DNA of 32,000 nucleotides from Burkholderiales bacterium GJ-E10 (GTDB taxonomy: Bacteria > Pseudomonadota > Gammaproteobacteria > Burkholderiales > Burkholderiaceae_F), in assembly GCA_000828975.1 (NCBI GenBank), contig AP014683.1, forward strand, positions 355,520-387,519, in the 5' to 3' direction. Below are positions 20,125-25,808 of this stretch, in pieces. A model generated the notes under the pieces. That model had not been told where the DNA came from and searched no databases. It worked only from the letters and a program-made list of their open reading frames with translations. The position numbers were made by a program, and so were the translations under genes. Each line of letters starts with the position of its first letter. Position 1 is the stretch's first letter.

Positions 20125-22362
20125 ATGTCGAACCTCGCCGCGTTTTTTACCGGGGCCGGCGGCGCCGGACTCACCACCGAGGCGGCAACACCGCCCTCGC
20201 GCTACCGGCTCCTGATCGTCGATGACGAACCCAACGTGTTGCGGGCGCTGGAGCGTGCCTTCCGCCAGGAAAATTACGACATCGTCACGGCGCCGAACGG
20301 CGTCGACGGCTTGCGCATTCTCGGGCAGCACGAAGTCCAGGTGGTGATCTCCGATTACATGATGCCCCGGATGAACGGCGCCGACTTTCTGCGGGAAGTG
20401 AAGGCGGCGTATCCCGACACGATCCGGATCATGCTCACCGGTCACGCCGACAGTGGTGCGGTGATGGGGGCGGTAAAGGATGGCGCGGTCTACAAGTTCA
20501 TTCTCAAGCCCTGGAACGACGACGATCTGCGCCTGAGCGTCGCCCTGGCGATCGAACAATACGAATTGTCGCGGAAGAACCGCGCGCTGCAGCAGGAAAA
20601 TCGCGACAGGGAGCGGGAAATCTCCGCCCTGGCCCGGATGGCCGTCAACAACCGCAGCCAACTCGCGCTCCTGTTGAACAAGAGGGCCTTGCTGACTTCC
20701 CAGCAGGTGCAGGAACTGCACCGCCTCCAGCAGCAGCGCAAGGAGCCCATGATCAAGCTCATCGTCGAGCGGGAATGGGTCGACCAAAACCGGATCTTCG
20801 ACATTCTCCGCAAGGACATGTTGGCGGAGGAGGTCGCATTACCGGAGTTCTCGATCGATCCGGCGGTTGCGGCCCTCGTTCCCCACGCGTTTTGCACCCG
20901 CGAATGGGTCCTGCCGGTTCGGTTGACCGGGCGCAAGCTGCTGCTCGCCATGGCCGATCCTCTCGACGCGGGGCTGCTCTCCGACGTGCGGTTCGTCACC
21001 GGTCTCGAGATCGTGCCGGCGCTCGCGGCGGTGGCGGCGATCCAAGCGAAGATTGCCGAAGTGTATGGCGGCAATGACACCACGGACCTGCGGGAGCTCA
21101 CCTCGGTCGTCGACGTCGCCGACCCGTACGAGGGAATCGAGATCGTCATCGAAGACGACGACGATGTGGCGCTCGAGGAGCTGCTGCGCCAGACCGAGGA
21201 GCCGCCATCGATCCGTCTTGCGAACTCGATCGTGCTCGAGGCGATCCGCCTGAAGGCAAGCGACATCCACATCCAGCCGCGGACCAAGAACGTGGCCGTG
21301 CGCTACCGGATCGACGGCGTGCTGATCGACAAGTTCCAGATTCCGGGCGGCATTCACCAATCGCTGGTGTCGCGCATCAAGGTCATGGCGGAACTCGACA
21401 TCAGCGAACGGCGGCGCCCCCAGGACGGCCGCATCACCGTCAAGACGCCTACGCGCATCGTCGATCTGCGAATCTCGACCTTGCCGACGATCAATGGCGA
21501 AAAGGTGGTCATGCGCATTCTCGACCGCAACTCGGCGGCACTGTCGCTGGAACAACTGGGTTTCCTCGATCGCGATCTGCTGCGGATCCAGCGGATCGCC
21601 GACAAGCCCCAGGGCATCATCCTGGCGACCGGCCCGACGGGAAGCGGCAAGACGACCACGCTCTACAGCCTGCTGCAGCACAGTGCAACACCGGGAAAGA
21701 ACTACATCACGCTGGAAGATCCGGTCGAGTACTACATGGATCAGGCCGGGCAGGTGCTGATCCGGGAACGGATCGGCCTCACGTTTCCGGTCGCGTTGCG
21801 CGCGATCCTGCGCCAGGATCCGGACGTGATCCTCCTCGGGGAGATCCGCGATGCGGAAACCGCGGAGGTCGCATTTCATGCCGCATCGACGGGCCATGTC
21901 GTGTTCTCCACGTTGCATACCAACTCGGCGGCGGCAACCGTTTCGCGCCTTCTCGACTTGGGTTTGAAGCGCGAGATCATCGCCACCACGCTCGAGGGCA
22001 TCATCGCGCAGCGCCTGGCGCGCAAGGTTTGCGCCCACTGTGGAGAGGAGCATGCGCCGGACCGCGCATTGCTTGCGCAATTGGGCCCGCGTTTTGTCCA
22101 GGAGGTGTCGTCGATCCGCCGCGGACGGGGCTGCGGAAAGTGCCACGGCACCGGCTATCTCGGCCGTGTCGGTCTTTACGAGGTGCTGTCCCCCGACGAC
22201 ACGCTGCGCCAGCAGATCGCCGCCGGCGTGAGCGTTCTCGAGATGGCGCACAGCGCCCGCGAGCGGGGGTTTGCATCCCTGATCGACGACGCACTCGAGA
22301 AGATCAAGGCCGGAATGACCAATCCCGAGGAAATCTTCCGGGTGCTCGGTCCGCAGAACTGA
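20125..22362 (+). CDS. Response-regulator receiver fused to T2SSE_N domain and PilB/GspE-family secretion ATPase
   Basis: 745 aa. REC domain: LLIVDDEPNVL...VVISDYMMPRMNG...FILKPWNDDDL. A coiled-coil linker follows, then a GSPII_E_N-like domain (...LLLAMADPLDAGLLSDVRFVTGLEIVPALAA). The ATPase core has Walker A GPTGSGKTTT, Asp box/Walker B DPDVILLGEIRD, His box TGHVVFSTLHTN and a tetracysteine motif CAHCGEE...CGKCHGTGYLGR. Confidence 0.9.
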   Translation: MSNLAAFFTGAGGAGLTTEAATPPSRYRLLIVDDEPNVLRALERAFRQENYDIVTAPNGVDGLRILGQHEVQVVISDYMMPRMNGADFLREVKAAYPDTIRIMLTGHADSGAVMGAVKDGAVYKFILKPWNDDDLRLSVALAIEQYELSRKNRALQQENRDREREISALARMAVNNRSQLALLLNKRALLTSQQVQELHRLQQQRKEPMIKLIVEREWVDQNRIFDILRKDMLAEEVALPEFSIDPAVAALVPHAFCTREWVLPVRLTGRKLLLAMADPLDAGLLSDVRFVTGLEIVPALAAVAAIQAKIAEVYGGNDTTDLRELTSVVDVADPYEGIEIVIEDDDDVALEELLRQTEEPPSIRLANSIVLEAIRLKASDIHIQPRTKNVAVRYRIDGVLIDKFQIPGGIHQSLVSRIKVMAELDISERRRPQDGRITVKTPTRIVDLRISTLPTINGEKVVMRILDRNSAALSLEQLGFLDRDLLRIQRIADKPQGIILATGPTGSGKTTTLYSLLQHSATPGKNYITLEDPVEYYMDQAGQVLIRERIGLTFPVALRAILRQDPDVILLGEIRDAETAEVAFHAASTGHVVFSTLHTNSAAATVSRLLDLGLKREIIATTLEGIIAQRLARKVCAHCGEEHAPDRALLAQLGPRFVQEVSSIRRGRGCGKCHGTGYLGRVGLYEVLSPDDTLRQQIAAGVSVLEMAHSARERGFASLIDDALEKIKAGMTNPEEIFRVLGPQN

Positions 22363-22446
22363 CGACGAACGTCCAAGCGCGCCGAGACCGGATCCCGCAC
22401 GCGGCCCCGCCTTGGCGCACCGCTCGCGTTCGTGGCGGGGAAGCCC

Positions 22447-23796
22447 TCAGGAATGGAGCGGATCGATCCGGATCTGCAGTCGGATCGGTTGCCCGGTCCG
22501 GATCTCGAATTGCCGGATCCGCCGGATGAGCGGCTCCGTCAATGCATGTCCGGCAACGAGCAGCAGCACGCCTTGGGGCGACAGGAAGTCTGCCGCCAGG
22601 ACCATTCCAGGTGCCAGCTCGCCGGTCGCCATCGGTACGGCCGTTCCCGAAACCGGTGCCTGGCGATGTTCCGACAGCCGGATCTGCAGGAACACGTCCA
22701 CAACCTCGGGGTCGAACTGGGTGCCGCGCCCCTGCCGCAGCAGGATCTGCGCCTCGTCCTCGTTCGGCATCGCGCCGCCCAGATGTCCTTCCTGCAGTTC
22801 GTCGAAGGCATCGGCGACGGCGAGAATGCGCGCGCTCCGACTGATCTCGATCCCGACCTTCCGATCCGGGTAGCCCAGGCCGTCGAAGCGCTCATGGTGT
22901 TCGTGGATGATCGCCGCGACCCCATGGAGATCTTCCAGCGGCATGAGCAAGTGCTCTCCCAGTACGGGATGCTGCTGGTATTGGGCGAGTTCCTCGGGTT
23001 CCATCCGCGCGACCGGCTTCGCCAGCATTGCGTCGGGCAGGCCGATGTGCCCGATGTCATGCAGCAATGCGGCGACGAAGAGATCCTGCTTCTCCGATTC
23101 GTCCAGGCCCATCGCCTGCGCGATCGACCGGGCCGCGGCGGCAACCCGGCGGCCGTGGCCTCCCAGCCGTCCGCCGCGCAACTCCAGGACGTTGGAAAAC
23201 ACCTTGATCGAGGTGAGAAAGGTGGATTTCAGCTTCCGGTTGGCCTGTGCCAGTTCCTGCGTCCGCTCCTGCACCCGTTCTTCGAGATGTTCGTTGAGCG
23301 CCCGCAACGCGAGATTCTGCTGCTGCGTGAGGGCCTCCAGCCGATCCTTGTCGCGTTGCAGCTCGACGCGTTCCAGGCCCTGATGGACCGCCGCGCGCAG
23401 TTCCGATTCGTCCCAGGGCTTGTTGAAGTAGCGGTGGATCCGGCCCCGGTTGACGGCGGCGATCGCCGCGCTCATGTCCGCATGCCCGGTGAGCAGGATG
23501 CGGATCGTATCGGGCCAGGAAGCCTGGACCTGTTCGAGAAACTGCGCCCCGTCCATCCCGGGCATCCGCATGTCGGAAATCACCACGTCGATCGGCGTTT
23601 CCCGCAGCATGGCGAGCCCCTCGGGTCCGCTTCCCGCGGTGAGGATGCACAGATCCGGCGCCCGGAGGGCGCGCCGCAGGGACGCGAGAATGTTGGGCTC
23701 GTCATCGACGCAGAGCACGGTCGGCGGGGGCGCCTTCTGCACGGCGATCGCAAGGCCTTGCGGCGCGTCGGTGGAATCCGGGATCGGTACGGTCAT
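22447..23796 (-). CDS. RpfG-family response regulator (REC + HD-GYP c-di-GMP phosphodiesterase) with C-terminal extension
   Basis: 449 aa. REC: VLCVDDEPNIL...VVISDMRMPGMDG...YFNKPWDESEL. A coiled coil follows. HD-GYP: LLHDIGHIGL and HHERFDGLGYP. There are about 75 extra C-terminal residues. An AAGGAA Shine-Dalgarno lies upstream of the ATG. Confidence 0.9.
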   Translation of the reverse strand: MTVPIPDSTDAPQGLAIAVQKAPPPTVLCVDDEPNILASLRRALRAPDLCILTAGSGPEGLAMLRETPIDVVISDMRMPGMDGAQFLEQVQASWPDTIRILLTGHADMSAAIAAVNRGRIHRYFNKPWDESELRAAVHQGLERVELQRDKDRLEALTQQQNLALRALNEHLEERVQERTQELAQANRKLKSTFLTSIKVFSNVLELRGGRLGGHGRRVAAAARSIAQAMGLDESEKQDLFVAALLHDIGHIGLPDAMLAKPVARMEPEELAQYQQHPVLGEHLLMPLEDLHGVAAIIHEHHERFDGLGYPDRKVGIEISRSARILAVADAFDELQEGHLGGAMPNEDEAQILLRQGRGTQFDPEVVDVFLQIRLSEHRQAPVSGTAVPMATGELAPGMVLAADFLSPQGVLLLVAGHALTEPLIRRIRQFEIRTGQPIRLQIRIDPLHS

Positions 23797-23811
23797 GGGC
23801 GGTTCCTTGCT

Positions 23812-24756
23812 CTATGCGGCTGGCGGCTCGGGCTGCCGTACCGGCAGGCGGACGACGAAGCGCGTCCCCCTTCCGGGTTGGCTATGCACCGCGATGTCGC
23901 CGTGGTGTTTCCGCACGATGCCGTAGGAAAGCGACAGCCCTAGTCCGGTTCCTTGTCCGATCGGCTTGGTCGTGAAGAACGGGTCGAAAATGCGCGCGGC
24001 GTTTTCGGGCGGAATGCCGCAACCATCGTCGGCGACCTCGATCCGGACCTGGCCATCGGATTCGTCGTATGCGGTACGGATGGTGATGGTACCGCGGCGA
24101 TTTCCATCCATCGCCTGGGCGGCATTGACGAGCAGGTTCATGATGATCTGGTTGATTTCGGATGGCAGGCATTCCACGTCCGGAAGATCGCCGTATTCCC
24201 GGACGACGTCGGCCTTGTACTTGATCTCGTTGTTGACGATGTTGAGCGTCGATTCGATGCCGCGATGAAGGTCCGCATGCTCCCACTCCTGGCGGGCGTC
24301 GACGCGCGAAAAGTCCTTGAGATCCTGCACGATCTTGCGCACGCGTTCGATCCCTTCCCGCGACTCCGCCATCAGGGTGGGAATGTCTTCCTTGAGAAAA
24401 TCGAGTTCGATCTCCTCGCGCAGTTGCCGCAGTTGCATTCGGGCCATGGGGTCGGCCACCAGCGATTCCGCCCGTTCGTAGGCATCCAGCATGCGGAAGA
24501 GCTGCATGACGTATTTTTCGAGACTGCCGAAGTTGCAGAACACATATCCGACCGGATTGTTGATCTCGTGCGCAACGCCCGCGGCAAGCTGGCCGATCGA
24601 GGCCAGCTTCTCCGACTGCATCAGCATGTTGCGGGTCTGCGAGAGTTTCCGGTTCGCCTCCTTCAGTTCCTCGTTGGCGCGGATGAGATTGCGGATCTGA
24701 TCGGCGTCGCGCGTGGCCTCGGCGGGAACGGGAGTGCGCGAATCATCGGAGTCCAT
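23812..24756 (-). CDS. Histidine kinase lacking a recognisable sensor domain (coiled coil, HisKA, HATPase_c)
   Basis: The start MDSDDSRT at 24756 gives 314 aa. H-box: EKLASIGQLAAGVAHEINNPVGYV. N-box: IIMNLLVNAAQAM. G-boxes: VADDGCGI and GQGTGLGL. The longer 450-aa track ORF runs through the HDOD gene in another frame and was trimmed. Confidence 0.85.
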   Translation of the reverse strand: MDSDDSRTPVPAEATRDADQIRNLIRANEELKEANRKLSQTRNMLMQSEKLASIGQLAAGVAHEINNPVGYVFCNFGSLEKYVMQLFRMLDAYERAESLVADPMARMQLRQLREEIELDFLKEDIPTLMAESREGIERVRKIVQDLKDFSRVDARQEWEHADLHRGIESTLNIVNNEIKYKADVVREYGDLPDVECLPSEINQIIMNLLVNAAQAMDGNRRGTITIRTAYDESDGQVRIEVADDGCGIPPENAARIFDPFFTTKPIGQGTGLGLSLSYGIVRKHHGDIAVHSQPGRGTRFVVRLPVRQPEPPAA

Positions 24757-25639
24757 GCCGTATCTCCCGGAACGCGGTTTCGACGCGATGGAAAAGGCGC
24801 AGAGGCGCTTCGGTCGACCATTGCAGCCGATCCCACGATGCACGCTGCATGGGCGGTACCAGGTCGTCGCCGGCGGCATGGAGGTCGAGTGCATGGGCGA
24901 TGCCGTCGGCGTTGTGAACCAGGTCGGCAAGCGAGGCACGGCCGGGCCGCCTGGACGAGGTCCCGGCGACCGCATCGGAATCCTCGTCCTCCCCGGACAG
25001 ATGACCGGGGTTGTGGTGCCATGCGATCGCATCGATGACCGCTTCGGTGAAGTGCCAGTGGGCGGCGATCCAGGCGCCGACCTGGCAGTGATCGATCCCC
25101 AATGCCGCACGTTCGGCTTCGAGCCGGGGAAGGTCGCGATCCCGCGCGTCGCGCACCACGGCACCGTATTCCTGCGGAAAGTGGGAGGCGAGGGCGAGCG
25201 AACCCAGATCGTGGATCAAGCCCGCGGTGAAGGCTTCGTGCATCGCATGGCCCGACTCCCGCGCGAGTTCCTGCGCGGCGATCGCAGTCGCCAGGGAGTG
25301 CTCCCAATATTTCGGAAAGTCGAAGGTCGGGCAGCCGGGGCCGTGTAATCGCTGTGCCAAGGACTCCTGCATCACGATGGTTTCGACGGTGCGCAGTCCG
25401 ATGAGGCGGATCGCGTCTCCCACCGTGGAGATCGATCCCGACATGCCGTAAAACGACGAGTTCGCAACCCGCAGGATCCGCGCCGTGATGGCCGGATCGA
25501 TGTCGATTTTGCGCGCGAGATCGTCGAACCCGATGTCGTCATCACGGAATGCGGCCATCAACTCGTGCGCTGCCGCGGGAAGCATCGGCAGCGCCTGGAC
25601 GCGGTCGCGGACCTGCTCGGCATCGATGCGCGCCATCAT
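24743..25639 (-). CDS. HDOD domain protein
   Basis: The start MMARIDAEQV at 25639 gives 298 aa. HDOD-typical blocks: LPMLPAAAHELMAAF, DPAITARILRVANSSFYG, VGDAIRLIGLRTV and GLIHDLGSLAL. Its stop overlaps the downstream kinase start by 14 nt. The start is uncertain. Confidence 0.8.
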   Translation of the reverse strand: MMARIDAEQVRDRVQALPMLPAAAHELMAAFRDDDIGFDDLARKIDIDPAITARILRVANSSFYGMSGSISTVGDAIRLIGLRTVETIVMQESLAQRLHGPGCPTFDFPKYWEHSLATAIAAQELARESGHAMHEAFTAGLIHDLGSLALASHFPQEYGAVVRDARDRDLPRLEAERAALGIDHCQVGAWIAAHWHFTEAVIDAIAWHHNPGHLSGEDEDSDAVAGTSSRRPGRASLADLVHNADGIAHALDLHAAGDDLVPPMQRASWDRLQWSTEAPLRLFHRVETAFREIRHGLR

Positions 25640-25808
25640 GACGGGGGCTCCGTGCGGTAGCGCCGCATCAGATGCATGAGCGGATGCACCCGGCCTTCGC
25701 GCAGCCAGACGCGGAACAGGATGTCGAGCCGGCGGAGTTCCACCGATGACGAGGCGGGCGCCGTCGGGTCCGGCGGCACCGCTTCGTTCCGGGGGGATCG
25801 AGGATCGG

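Noticed and set aside
20650-20830. Possible MshEN-type c-di-GMP binding motif (RLGxx(L/V/I)(L/V/I)xxG(L/V/I)(L/V/I)xxxxLxxxLxxQ) at the start of the T2SSE_N region of the REC-ATPase.
   Set aside because: By eye, the candidate stretches (QLALLLNKRALLTSQQVQELHRLQQ and PMIKLIVEREWVDQNRIFDILRKD) lack the conserved Arg/Gly positions. c-di-GMP binding cannot be claimed from sequence and is left as an experiment.
22363-22446. I looked for a bidirectional terminator between the convergent ATPase and HD-GYP genes.
   Set aside because: Only short, weak inverted repeats are present, with no T- or A-runs. Nothing is supportable.
20839-23943. 470-aa minus-strand ORF (20839-22251) and 503-aa plus-strand ORF (22432-23943).
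   Set aside because: They are antisense to the PilB/GspE-type ATPase and to the REC-HD-GYP gene respectively, both of which have complete catalytic motif sets.
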